Assembly: GCA_012295275.1 (NCBI GenBank)
Contig: CM022665.1
Coordinates: 29,822,001-29,886,000 of the forward strand
DNA length: 64,000 bases
DNA from: Chrysomallon squamiferum
Lineage: Eukaryota; Animalia; Mollusca
Direction: 5' to 3'
This document shows, piece by piece, positions 52,201 to 64,000 of the stretch (position 1 is its first letter; every line of letters starts with the position of its first letter). A program made the position numbers and the translations under genes. The notes beneath the pieces are model-generated. The model was not told where the DNA came from, made no database searches, and saw nothing but the letters and a program-made list of their open reading frames with translations.

Positions 52201-55200
52201 ATCTATATTTGTGGGTTTTTTTTGTTTTGTTATTTCTTATTCTTAATTCTCTGAACATTTGGGATTTCAGGTCAGACGCCCATACTTCCATGTAAAACCT
52301 TTGGAAAGAGCTCAGCTAAAGAACTGGAGAGAATATTTAGATTTTGAAATTGATAATGGATCCCATGAAAGAGTTATAGTACTGTTTGAAAGATGTATGA
52401 TTGCATGTGCCCTCTATGAAGATTTTTGGATGAAGGTAACCTTAAAAGCATTGTAATTTTAATGTCATAATTTGTTTCTGAATTTGATATATTTATTTTT
52501 ATTTTTTATTTTTTTGTTTTCATTGTTGGAACATAAGCATTCTTATTTAGCTTTGATTGTTGTTAGACCATTTGTGTATGTTTTGCAGTTGTAGTTTGAT
52601 TTTTTTAAAGTTTATTTCTGTAAGATTTAACATTTAAATTAAATAATATAATACATTTGTATTTTCAGTATGCTAAATATTTGGAACAATACAGCATAGA
52701 TGGTGTTAGAAATGTCTACAGGCGAGCCTGTGAAATACATTTACCAAAGAAACCTTATATACACATGGCATGGGCAGCCTTTGAAGAAAGACAACGTATG
52801 TTGCATATTTATCACAATTTATTTGCCTAGTGTTTTACAATTAATTCATGTTTACTACAGTCTGTTGGGTTACTAAGTTTTTAAAATTAACTTGTGAACA
52901 GGTCTTCTAACTGATAATGTATTTTGGTAAATATTGTTCATTTCTGCAGTTGCCAGTTTAATCAAGTTATTTTATTAGTAGTGTTTTTGGTTTATAGATT
53001 TAACTATATACAAATTCATAGGAAACCTTAATACTGGTGTAATTTTTTTTAGATTTCTCACATGCAAACAGTATACTTTTTTTTTTAAATCTATAAATTA
53101 TTTCAGATTTATCTTGAAATTTCTCTCTTTTAAAACAATTTCCATATGTGTGTGTGTGTGTGTGCACACACACACACACACACACGCACGCACGCACGCA
53201 CTCCGCACAGTGTGAATATATAGTCTACAGAATTTGATTAGGTATGGAAAAATTAATTAAAACATTGAAACTATTACATTACTGTAAATTATGCTGTACT
53301 AAACAATAAAACAAATCAGGATTCATATTTTTGTTATGCAGAAAATTATCAGGCTGCACGTCAGGTGTTAACAAATATTGATAAAAATGTTCCTGGACTT
53401 GTAATGGTTGCAATGCGAAGAATAAGTCTTGAAAGACGCCAGGGAAATCATGCTGAGGTTGAGAAGCTCTTTCAAGATTACATTAACCAGTCTACATCAC
53501 CATCTGTTAAATCTTTTTATTCCATCAAATTTGCAAGATATCTTCTGAAGGTAGGATATTACTTTGATATTTACTTGATTCAGAATTATAACTTAAAAAC
53601 CAACAGTGAAATATTGTTAAAATAATTTTTGTGATGCTAAAAAAACTTATAAGTGAGTTTTTGACAGTATATAATAAACATTAATCCAGAGCAGTTATAA
53701 AGTACAGATCTCGGCTTTATTTCATTTTTATTTTTTCAAATCATATAACAAGATCTAAAACCTAATATAATAATGGATTTTTCATTGTTAATACATAATA
53801 TTAGATCTCGCATTCTGATACTGTATAGTTTCAAAAATTTTAATTAAGTGTAATTCAGTTTTTGTGGTTTTTGAGTTTTGTTTGATCTTTTGTTACCAAT
53901 TTGTTTGCAGATTAAAGCAAATCATGAAGAAGCAAGAACTGTTCTTACTGAAGCTTTGGAAAAAGATAAAGTTAGTTCTCTATATTTATATTGAATTATT
54001 TTAAAAATTAACTGATTTTAAGAAAATGTGGTTTAATAATTGTACCATTTGAATCGTAAAAGAAAAGCCTTTCATTTTATAAATGTGCACAAGTAATGGA
54101 ATACTGTCATTGCCTTCTAATGATTTCAGAGAAATGAGAAACTATTTCTGCAGTTAATAGATCTTGAATATCAGTCACAGCCTGTGGAGGTTAACAGGAC
54201 TCTTGAAGTGTTTGATCGTATTATACAGAGTGACATACAGCTAGAATTTAAAGTCAAAGTTTCTCAGAGAAGGATGGAATTTCTGGAAGACTTTGGAACT
54301 GATATTAAAAGGTGAATGGTTTTAACTCCTTTTTGATAAATACAATTTGTCAAAAAACTTACCATCCTTTAATTTCTTTTAATTACCTTTCTTTCTTTTT
54401 CTTTTTTTTTTATTGGTGTTCAGTAAATGTTTTATTCCAAAATTGAAACATTTCAGCAGTATTCTAATTGAAAAAGAAGCCAGTACAGCATTTTAGAAAA
54501 GAATAATAGCCATGAGAAATTTGTCCTAAACGACATCTTTCATACAAAAACTTATTTCACTGAAACAGTATTTGAGAGATGTAAAGTTAATCTATAATTA
54601 TACATTTAATTAATTTCACTGATTTATTAGAAGCAATCTGGTAAATGTTTAGAAATAAACCAAATTTGTATATTAAACATTCCCTGATTTTGTCTTTTAG
54701 ACTACATCTGTAGGACAACATTTCTAAATATTTCAAGGTTGCTCAATGACTGATAATTGATAAATAAAATGGTTCCCTCTACACATTGCTATAATGGAAT
54801 GTAGAACAGACAATACAACCTTTTCACTCATTCAATTTAGCACTAACCATTATTTTATTTTCTCTTTTAAGGATAACTGAAGCCTATGATGAACATCAAA
54901 AACTTGTCAAAGATTTAAATACAGATCGCAAGAAGAAACATCCAGATCAGATGTAAGAAAAAACTTGAGCTGTCTGATAATTAATTCATTATTGTACATT
55001 TAACTTTTTAAATAAAGATCATGGTAAAGTATAAAAGAACGTTCTCCTTTGCAGTAATAATGATCTTTTGGGGTTGATGGCTATGACAGGGTTATTTTAT
55101 TGTTACTACATTTATTTCTTCTAGTAAGTTAATAACTGTACAAGTTTATTAGCTTTGATAAATTTAAAAATAAATTAGCTATGTTCATTTGTGGTTCATA

Positions 55201-55638
55201 ATGTAACTGTTTATTACTTGTTTTAGAGATGATTCATCTCAACCAGCTGATAAGAAGCAGAAGACTGATTTATCTGCAAATGGAGGTGGAGATTCAATAT
55301 CACATCCTAATCCATCCATGATGGATGCAAATCATGCCTACAACTATTACTATCCAGTAAGAAAACTTTATTTAGAACTTTAAATATTACAAGCAATTTA
55401 TAATAATTTCTGAAAGTTCAACTTTATGAATTTTGTTTTATTAATTTGTGAAAAAAAAAAATGAGAGTATGAATATCAACTCATTTAACAAAATTCTTTT
55501 CTTTTTTTCACTGAATGAATGTTCTTCACAATTTTTTATTTTGTCTTTCAGCCCACTCCTGGCAGTGCTTATCCCTATCATCCCAGTTACACTGGCTATG
55601 GACCACAATATGGACCATATTATCCACCATACACTTAA
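45952..55638 (+). CDS. PRPF39: Pre-mRNA-processing factor 39 (HAT-repeat protein), ~650 aa, 15 exons
   Basis: Exons 45952-46012, 47617-47759, 48082-48207, 49892-50007, 50436-50603, 50961-51147, 51514-51624, 52271-52435, 52669-52795, 53342-53550, 53911-53970, 54130-54311, 54872-54952, 55227-55356 and 55552-55638. Motifs: [81 protein letters not shown], and a Tyr/Pro-rich C-terminus. Exon 1 is inferred from the AAAATGGCG start context and a phase-1 match. Confidence 0.93.
51231..51343 (+). repeat. ~113-bp direct repeat shared with 58132-58245
   Basis: GTTTTTATTAAAATGCTGACA(G/A)ATTTTGAAACATAAATAATC...TTTATGATGTTTAGAAAAT occurs in both PRPF39 intron 6 and DMAC2 intron 4. Confidence 0.88.
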
Positions 55639-57296
55639 ATGAATGAATTGCTGAAATAAACCATAACAGTATCAGAACCTGTATTATTGCAATAGTGTTT
55701 AAAAAAGGAGGTGGAAGTGAAGCTATGATGAAAACCAGTCATTGTATCAAGTAATAACTGAGTGTGTAGAATTCCTGATTTGACTGTTTTAGGTTGAAAG
55801 TGAAAAAGAATTACTGCCGTAAATATCTGACCAAACAGTTGCCACACAATAAAAAAAAAATTAATGTAAAATGCAGTAATATCCATTTCATAATATTCTA
55901 AAATAGATTTTAGGCCAATATATGATTTTTTATTTTTTATATTGTGGCCTAACTATGATCTTTCTTGTCTTCTTCAAACATGAAATTAATAATTCTTCAA
56001 TAATTGGTCCATTTCATCAGGTGAGAGGTTTTTTTTTTTATATAGAAATGAATTAATTTTTTTTGACTTAAATGGATTTATTTATACAGTTTTACACAAG
56101 TTGACAGCAAAGTGTGCTTTAAAAACCATTTGTTTTTATTTACTGTGGAGTGTTTCCATAAGTTAATTTTTTCAAAGATATTTTCTTTTTAAATAATTTT
56201 TCAGTTCATTGAAACTTGTCACATACTTATAATTTTGTCTTGTTGGTTTTTTGTTGGTTTTTTTTTTTATATTTTGTTGACATTTGGTTAACAGGTGAAG
56301 GATTTTTTAAGAGTGCAGGTAGCTTATTTTTGTTGCATTGCTAAATTTAACACTTTCAAATTGAAACAGAGCACTTATTTACTGTAATAAAAATTAATGA
56401 TAAACTATAAAGTATATTTAAAGATTAATACCACAGTATTTATTCATTTGAACAAATGCACGTTGAGATAGATGCAGTCATACACATTGTTTAAAACCTT
56501 GCTGAAATATTAAATCTTGTAATTTAACAGAGGCATTACTTCATTATTTCTAGCAGCATTTAAAAACTTCTTGTGCTGAAATTGTACATCTCTAGGTTTG
56601 AACAGAAAAGTATTAATGTATGCAATGCATAATTATTTTGATATTTTATTTCCTCTGTGGTAAAATATTTGGAGGAGTCCTGTTGATTTTTGTGTATTAA
56701 AAATGTATCCCATGTTTGCTGGTGTACTATTAAGTGTTTGATATTAAATATTGCTTTATACTCGGTTGTTCATTCATCATGGTTGAAGAAATACATGTGA
56801 TTTACCAGAATTGTCATGTGTTGTTTTTAATTTAAAAGAACAAAAATAGAAATGATTCTTTACAAAGCGTGTTAATAACCCACTTGTTTCCACTCAACAT
56901 GTACTTAACTATTTACTGTTCTGACATAAAATCTACAAATCCAGATTGGTTGAGTGATGCTAAATAAAGAATAAATCGACCAAAATGACAAAAAATCTTT
57001 ATTTGAAGTCTGGACTTAAGATTTATGGTTATATACAAACGATTTAAAAATATATATAATCACATTTAACTATGTAGTTACTAGTATAGTAGTAATGTTC
57101 TGAATGTAAAGCTTAAATGTTGGTGAACACTAAACATGGTTTTGAACTTTGCAGTTGCCCCTGAAATTAACAGCAGAGAACTAAAAATCTTGTTCGCCAA
57201 ATTGATTGGTGAGGAGGGGGGGGGAAATGTTTTCACCATTTGCCTAGGAGCCCTATTTTATTCACAGGTCTCCTGTTATAATTCATAAATACATAC

Positions 57297-57327
<31 letters not shown>

Positions 57328-57549
57328 TATTGTTAAAATGTTTATTTTTGCATGATAGCAAGAAATAGGCTTGTAATAGTGATGATTTTACTTGACGGCT
57401 AACAAGACCAATATTTTAAGGTACAAAAAGTTTTTTTTGTTGTTTTTTTAATGGTTACTGTTGCTTTTATTTATTTTTTTAATAAATTATTTTGCAAATA
57501 TGCATATATCAAATTAAAATAAGATCAACACAGCAACAAATGTTTACTG

Positions 57550-60446
57550 TCACCTAAAAACCTGTGTTCCATTTTCTGTTGTATTAATGTCCTGTGCCAC
57601 AGACTGGTTCATTTCATCATTTTTTTTCAATGCTTCATGTACATTATTATAATCAAGTCCAAATATTTTGCACTTTGGTAATAACTCTTCTAACATCAGA
57701 ATTACAAGCTCAATATTTTCAACTCTTGGGACATTTTTCATCTTCAAAGCCTGAAGGTTCCTGAAAACAAAAAAATATTTTTTATAAGGTTTCATGAAAT
57801 TATAAAACTATTTAGTTGTGTAAATAAAGGTGAAATCATATAAAAATTCTATGGCTTCTGACATAAAATATTCTTTTTATAACAAATGTCTATAAAATTA
57901 ATACTTTTATGCACATGTGTGAACACTTGCACACATGCTCATTGCATTTTAATATTATCATAAGGTATCAACTTTACACTGTTTTAAATTATGTTATGCT
58001 GCCAATATAAACACTATCTAGTCTTAATGGTCAAAGTATAAAATTATGGTTTAAAAAAGAATTGAAAAAAGAATATGGGCACAACTTGTTTTTCTTTGGG
58101 TTGCCAGAAAATAAAACAGTTTATAAATTCTGTTTTTATTAAAATGCTGACAAATTTTGAAACATAAATAATCGGTGTGTATGTTTTATATTTTCTGCTG
58201 TTTTATTATAATACTCTTTATGATGTTTAGAAAATTTCAAATTATTTGTATGTTTTTGGGGCGTATATCATAATGTATTAAACATACTTAAGATGATGTA
58301 GACATGCAATACCCCTTTCTGTTATCAGAGGGCAATCACTGATGTCAAGAAACTGCAAAGACTCTGCAAACTGATAAAAACGAGCCAGGCACCAGTCATC
58401 CACATAAATACAGTTGCTGACATTCAAGTACCTCAGATATTCTAAATCCACTGGAAAAAAGAACAAAAAATTAATTAGTAACCATATTTGTGAACAAGAA
58501 ATCACTGATTTGATTTACATACTGTTTTTGGTTTTTTGACTCTAGAAAACCAGGTATTTTTAGATACATATTATTAAAAAAAAACAAGTGGACTAGTTTT
58601 TAAGCTATCAGTAACATTATAAAGAAGACATGCAGATTTTTTAGTGTCTATTGTTGAAACCAGTATGAAGTCAATCATGACTAGCCATTTAATTTCATGG
58701 AAGTGTTTTTATGAGTTGTTTTTAATGACCATGGCATTTTCATCTTAACAGTGTTAATGCAATACAGCTAACTCTGAATTAATAAACTGCATCACCAAAG
58801 ATTCTCTGTTTTGGGTTACTGAGTAACAAGAATGAAATAAATATGTAATAATGATTAAGTGTAAAATGAATGTTATCCAATGTAAAAATACACAAGAAGC
58901 AAAAACACAAACATGTTTCATTAAAATTTAACTTGGTTAACAGTTAATAGCAATGCTTACAAATGATAAGATCATGTAATATGATGAAACAGGTGTAATG
59001 GAGCCATTATATTTTGTATTTGGCAATTAAAAATTGGCAGCACTTATCCTACATGAGTAGGTGTTATGACCTCTATATTTGTACAAGTAAATAAATACTA
59101 GTAATTAAATTCACAAAAATTTTCAAAGCCTGAAGACATCAATTTTGTTCCTGATGCATCAACTGCTTCCAGGTACATGCCATCTACTCTTCTGTTTGGG
59201 AGCTTGTATTTGCCATCCTTGTCAAGTCGATACCAGTGATCATCATCAACAAACTTTACAGCACCTTTTCTTTTTACAATGAAATGTGCTGTTGCCAAAT
59301 CTGAACCAAGAATTTTGTGACGATCTGGACGATATCTGAAAACAAAATTATGCATTTATAAATCTAAATATATTAAACTGAAAATGCATAAACAACAGCC
59401 TAACAGAGTAAGTTAATTAATATGTCAAAATATGAAAACACTAGCTGATGTTACTTTTTAAAGTTCTAATATGACCAGTCATTGACTCATTACATCTTAC
59501 ACAGATCATTACATCTAATCACTGGATATTATAACTGAATTATTTCTCCTATGATTTCTAATTTAAATGTTAATACTTGATTCAAAAGTGATTAGATATA
59601 TAATCATTTGGCACAGATTATCAATACAATAAAAGACAGGCATGCACTTAGTGGATTATAAATAATAATAATGTTTGCTTGGTATAAAAAGTTAACAAAC
59701 AGAAATAATTCATCATACTTTTGATCTTCTCTTTCAAGAATCCAATTTGCAACCTTTAATTTTTGCTTGATGGCTGGTAAACTTAGATCTTGCTGTAGCC
59801 AACACAGAAAATCGCGTGGTACCCCCTCCTTCTTGTCATAATTGGCTATTATTGACTGTCTTGCTAGGACCCTATGTATAACACTTCTAGGCTGCAGAAG
59901 TTTCTACAAATAAATATAATATTTTTCAAAAAATGTTACATATGTGTGTACGACTATCATTTCATTACTATTACATTTATGTATATATCAATGACTATAA
60001 AAGTTTAAATTATAAATATAATTCTCTTTAACGGGAATAATTATATAACATTAACACTAATAACAGTTATTACAATTTACAATATTAGTATATTACCATT
60101 ACGTGTATTTCTCAATTACATTTTATAATTATGATTATTTTGAATTTTCATAAACATTCATGAATCAATTAATGAATGACAAAATCATTCAAAGATTTAT
60201 GATTCAAGGACAAGGTTATTCACTTATTCAGTTATTTATTGGTTAACTTAAAACAAATAACAAAAATTGAAAAATGTTTGTTTCCATTAGTTTACACATT
60301 TCTGCAACAGGCAGATATCATAAAATATTCATATAAAATTTTTAAACTTTAGGTCCAAAAGCCTCCAAATTTAATGTTTGATATTAAGTAAATAACATTC
60401 ATTCGTAAAGAAAACAAACCTGAAACTTTTGCAAAGAAGCAGCCAT
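57550..60446 (-). CDS. DMAC2: Distal membrane-arm assembly complex 2 (ATP5SL), ~268 aa, 5 exons
   Basis: Exons 60446-60420 (MAASLQKFQ), 59903-59719, 59335-59115, 58450-58288 and 57760-57550. Motifs: RHKILGSDLATAHFIVKRKGAVKF, LEAVDASGT, YVDDWCLARF, LDISDCPLITERGIACL. The exact 3' end is uncertain because an extra terminal exon near 57160 is possible. Confidence 0.85.
58132..58245 (+). repeat. Second copy of the ~113-bp direct repeat (matches 51231-51343)
   Basis: Direct visual alignment shows few substitutions and small indels. Confidence 0.88.
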
Positions 60447-61139
60447 TTTTAATCACTTGTACCGTTGAAAAACGATTCAGTCACAAAAAGATTATATAGT
60501 TTACTTACTGAATATGTAAATATTTTCTGGTTATTATTTTAAAACCACATGAATATCTAGCAACAATCGAGGATATGATTTGTGGTGATTTTGTGAATAA
60601 ACATATTGTTAACGACATAGGCGAATTTATTAAAACTGTAGAGTTTACTTTGTTAAGCTAAAAGTAACATTATACACAAACTACAGAAACCTGTGTTACG
60701 AGAATGATCTTTGTATTTACTACTTTCGAATAACATATAATCGAGCTAAATTTATTTTTATTGTTTAAAAAAACTGTACGATATTTAATTTCAAAAATGT
60801 ATGACTGTGTAATGTATTAGACGACTTTATACAATAATACATTGTATTTATTTATTTATTTGTTAGTTGTTGTTATTGTTTTGTTGTGTGTGTGGTTTTT
60901 TTTGGGAGTAGTGTTGTTTTTAATCAAATGGTATAGAATAAAGGAAGAACAAGAATACAAAAAGCAAACTATTAATAAGGATAAAATTCATTAATAATAA
61001 AAAAATAATAATTAATTTAATAGTAGTAATGAAGTAGTACAGTAAAATCGCCGAAAAATATATCCCAAAACCTATCCACTTTTCGTCAAAGCATACTCGT
61101 GTTTAGTGTAAATGGACCCGATTATACTATACAATATAA
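60447..61139. promoter_or_regulatory. Putative bidirectional promoter between DMAC2 and ATP5S/DMAC2L
   Basis: About 0.7 kb separates the divergent start codons. CpGs are retained relative to the flanking gene bodies, and a YY1-like AAAATGGCTGC sits at the DMAC2 ATG. Confidence 0.6.
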
Positions 61140-63762
61140 ATGAGAATTGTATGTAATTACCTGCAGTACTAACATTAATTATTGGATTTATTTTGAATAT
61201 TTACAGCAGTATCATATTTCAGATTGGCACTGGAAAATAATCAAACGAAGACCCATGGATCCACATCTGGGTACACATAAGGGGGGGGGAATTAAGAAGA
61301 AAATTTGACTAGATTTCAAAGCAAATGTACAGAGTAATTTATTTTAATGCTGAATAATAATATAAAAACCTAGAAATGAAACATCAGTAGAGTCAGTTAC
61401 AGTAGCATTGTGTTCATATGAAGGCAACCATATTCTTGATCATGAAATACAAGAACAACATTTTTATCCTTGCTATTTAATGGCTTAAAGTGCAACTGTG
61501 ATAGTAAAAATAAATGTTCTGATAAATTCCTTTATACTACAAGTTACTATTTTTATTTATTTATTATTATTTATTATTATTTTTTTTTTTTTTTTTTTTT
61601 TTTTGGCAGGGGTGACATATTAATGCTCATAACAAAGTATTACAAAACAAATTACTTATAAAACATTTAAAAGCCACCATTTTACACTTTTATGTTTATG
61701 AGTTGTGATATCACGTGGTGAACTGGTAGTTGTATTTTTCCAACACTAGTAGAAACTTTGGGGCATATCTATCCTTTCTGCATGATTTGATGGCATGACT
61801 TACATAGTTTTAAGCTACCTTTTTGTTTTTATGTATATTTAGTAATTAAGATGGACAGAAAGAAAAGAAAAATAAAACTTGGAAGTATGCAAAATATATT
61901 TACATTGTCAAATGTAAACTTCAGTGAATATGTATATCATTTTCAAAAACTGAATGTGATTTGACAAAAAATACATGTTTTAGGAAGGGTATTTGGGTAC
62001 ATTTTCATGATGATATAAACACTGCATTAGTCTGTATCTATCATTCTTGTTATAAAAATAATTTCCCACCAGTTTATTTTATTAACTATTATACTGATGA
62101 TTCAGTGTTGTTATTTTTAATTTCTGACTAATTTGCAAATATATTTTCAGATTCATAACTGGATTAATAGAAATTTAATTTCTCATAATGTCAGGACTAC
62201 AAAGAGATTTCTATGGGGTTACCTGAATTCAGTATTTAACAGGTAACTTTTGCTTATTATTTTTTGTTATTCCATTATCATTTTTCTGTTAAATTCTAAA
62301 CAAAAATTATAGATGCATGTAAGTGTGATTTCTTTTAACCTGTTCATGTTTAATCATAAATATTTTTTTTTTTTAATATCTCTTCATTTAAAAATATTTT
62401 TTGTTTTTTCTGTTTACACTAAAATCAGAGTTGATGAAGACCGTGTGAAACAAGTTGGTCCTGACCGAGCATGTGCAGAATGGCTTCTACGTTGTGGAGC
62501 CAGTGTTAAGTGGAAAGATTTGAATCACTGGGAGAAAGATTACAACACTTTACCAGGCAGTAACTTTGACAGATACAAAATAGAAGAAATTGATGCTTCA
62601 AAGTCAGCAATTATGGGAATTGGATTTCCACATCTTAGTAAGAATTTGAATAGATTCTTTAAAATAATAAATTAGTATGTAGCTAGCAAATTAAAGTTGA
62701 TTATGGGCCAGGCAAAGTGAATAGATGAAAATTAAACAGATATGTGTCCTGTTCATGTTTTCAAAACACTTTAATTCTGCAGAATAGCAAAATTTCATAA
62801 ATAAAAATAAAATTGTTTTTAAAAATACTTAGAACAGTTTATTTATGAAAGTAAAATTCTTTATTTGCTTATAACCACATGGAATTTTAATATGATATTA
62901 GATCATTTTTAATGACAAGTAGACGTAACAGCCTATTAAATAATTTTGTTCTACAGCTTATCAACAATAAAATGTAACTTATAATTTCTTTTTGTTTGCA
63001 GATGGACTAAACCATGTGAAAAAGATTATCCTTCATGACTGCAGATACTTATATGATGATGCCATAGCATACTTACCATTGGTTAAAAAAACACTGAACC
63101 ATCTACAAATCAGCAGTTGTGGTGACATCTCTGATCAAGGGCTTGTTCATATTTGTGAACTGAGGTTAGAGCTCTGTCAAAATTATAACCTTACATAGCT
63201 AACACAGTATACCAAAAGCTTCCAAGATACATATAATTATAAAACATTTATAAAAAAGATGTCATTTCTTTTGATGTCCTTGTATGTTCACTTTTGTTAT
63301 CAAAAACTGTTTCAAGTATGGTGGTAAAATATTTTCTATTTGGAAATGTGTTATTTGTATATATATATATCTGAAAGCAACAAAAAGGGTTTGAAAGATT
63401 TATTTCAAATAGGTTTATTTATCAGTAAAGCATTATTATTTGGTTAATATTCTAGCATACTGCCTCTTTAATTTTAAAAGGAAAATTCACAAAAGTGTAA
63501 CTTTAGATAAGAATTAAAATATAATAAAGGTATCATTTTTTAATAAAATTGCTATTTTAGTTTTACTTTCATACTTGATCTTAATTTTTTGTTGTTGTTT
63601 TTTAACCTTTTTAAATCCTAATTATTTTTCAGTAACCTGAAGATTCTCCTGATTTATGATTTGCCTGAAGTCAGAAATAAATCTGCAGTTTTAAGAAAAC
63701 TCGAAGAATGTCTCCCACAATGCAGTATTGATTATTATGATGCCACAAGAGAAAACAAATAA
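61140..63762 (+). CDS. ATP5S: ATP synthase subunit s / coupling factor B, mitochondrial (DMAC2L), ~200 aa
   Basis: Exons 62151-62242 (FLWGYLNSVFNR), 62429-62637 (VDEDRVKQVGPDRACAEWLLRCGA, YKIEEIDA), 63002-63164 (LQISSCGDISDQGL) and 63633-63762 (DLPEV). The first coding exon is tentatively ATG AGA ATT|GTATGT at 61140-61148, so the start is low confidence. Confidence 0.88.
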
Positions 63763-64000
63763 GAATAAGACTGATTTTTTAATTCTGATTAAATTAGTAG
63801 AATACAACACTGTTTTGATATTGTTATTCTTTACTTATACTGATGATGTTCATGTAAAAGTTTGAATAAATAACTAACAAACACTGATTTTGTTTTGCTA
63901 ATTTCAGTTATATATTCTTAATAAAAATATTTAATACAGTAGTCTAAATGCATTATACTATGGCAAATGTTACTGTGAACCAGATTTCATGGAAACTGGG

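Noticed and set aside
46013-55551. Intronic snoRNA in PRPF39 (vertebrate PRPF39 hosts SNORD127)
   Set aside because: I saw isolated ATGATGA/CTGA boxes (49023-49199) and small hairpins (~54690-54820, ~51885-51915). None had a convincing terminal stem, box spacing or rRNA guide. An Infernal/snoscan search would be needed.

Overview
AT-rich, microsatellite-dense animal genomic DNA with spliceosomal introns, probably lophotrochozoan/molluscan (inferred from the GPCR type and repeat content). I reconstructed seven protein-coding genes by hand: TMEM229B-like (+), GALNT7-like (+, 12 coding exons), an intronless rhodopsin-class GPCR (-), TMEM179 (-, 4 exons), PRPF39 (+, 15 exons, one GC-AG intron), and a head-to-head pair of ATP-synthase-subunit-s-family paralogs, DMAC2 (-) and DMAC2L/ATP5S (+). 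Repeats include two Tc1/mariner-type derivatives, a hairpin-bearing dispersed repeat, a 46-bp minisatellite and a ~0.9-kb tandem duplication. The most notable observations are: (1) the DMAC2/DMAC2L divergent pair shares its intron phases and a 163-nt exon; (2) a near-perfect ~205-bp copy of the PRPF39 last acceptor and terminal exon lies antisense inside a TMEM179 intron, and a second PRPF39 intron segment is shared with a DMAC2 intron; (3) PRPF39 intron 3 holds candidate poison micro-exons. There are no CRISPR arrays or prokaryotic systems, and the sequence alone does not establish a wholly new biological system. All identifications come from motif recognition and manual translation; no database searches were run.
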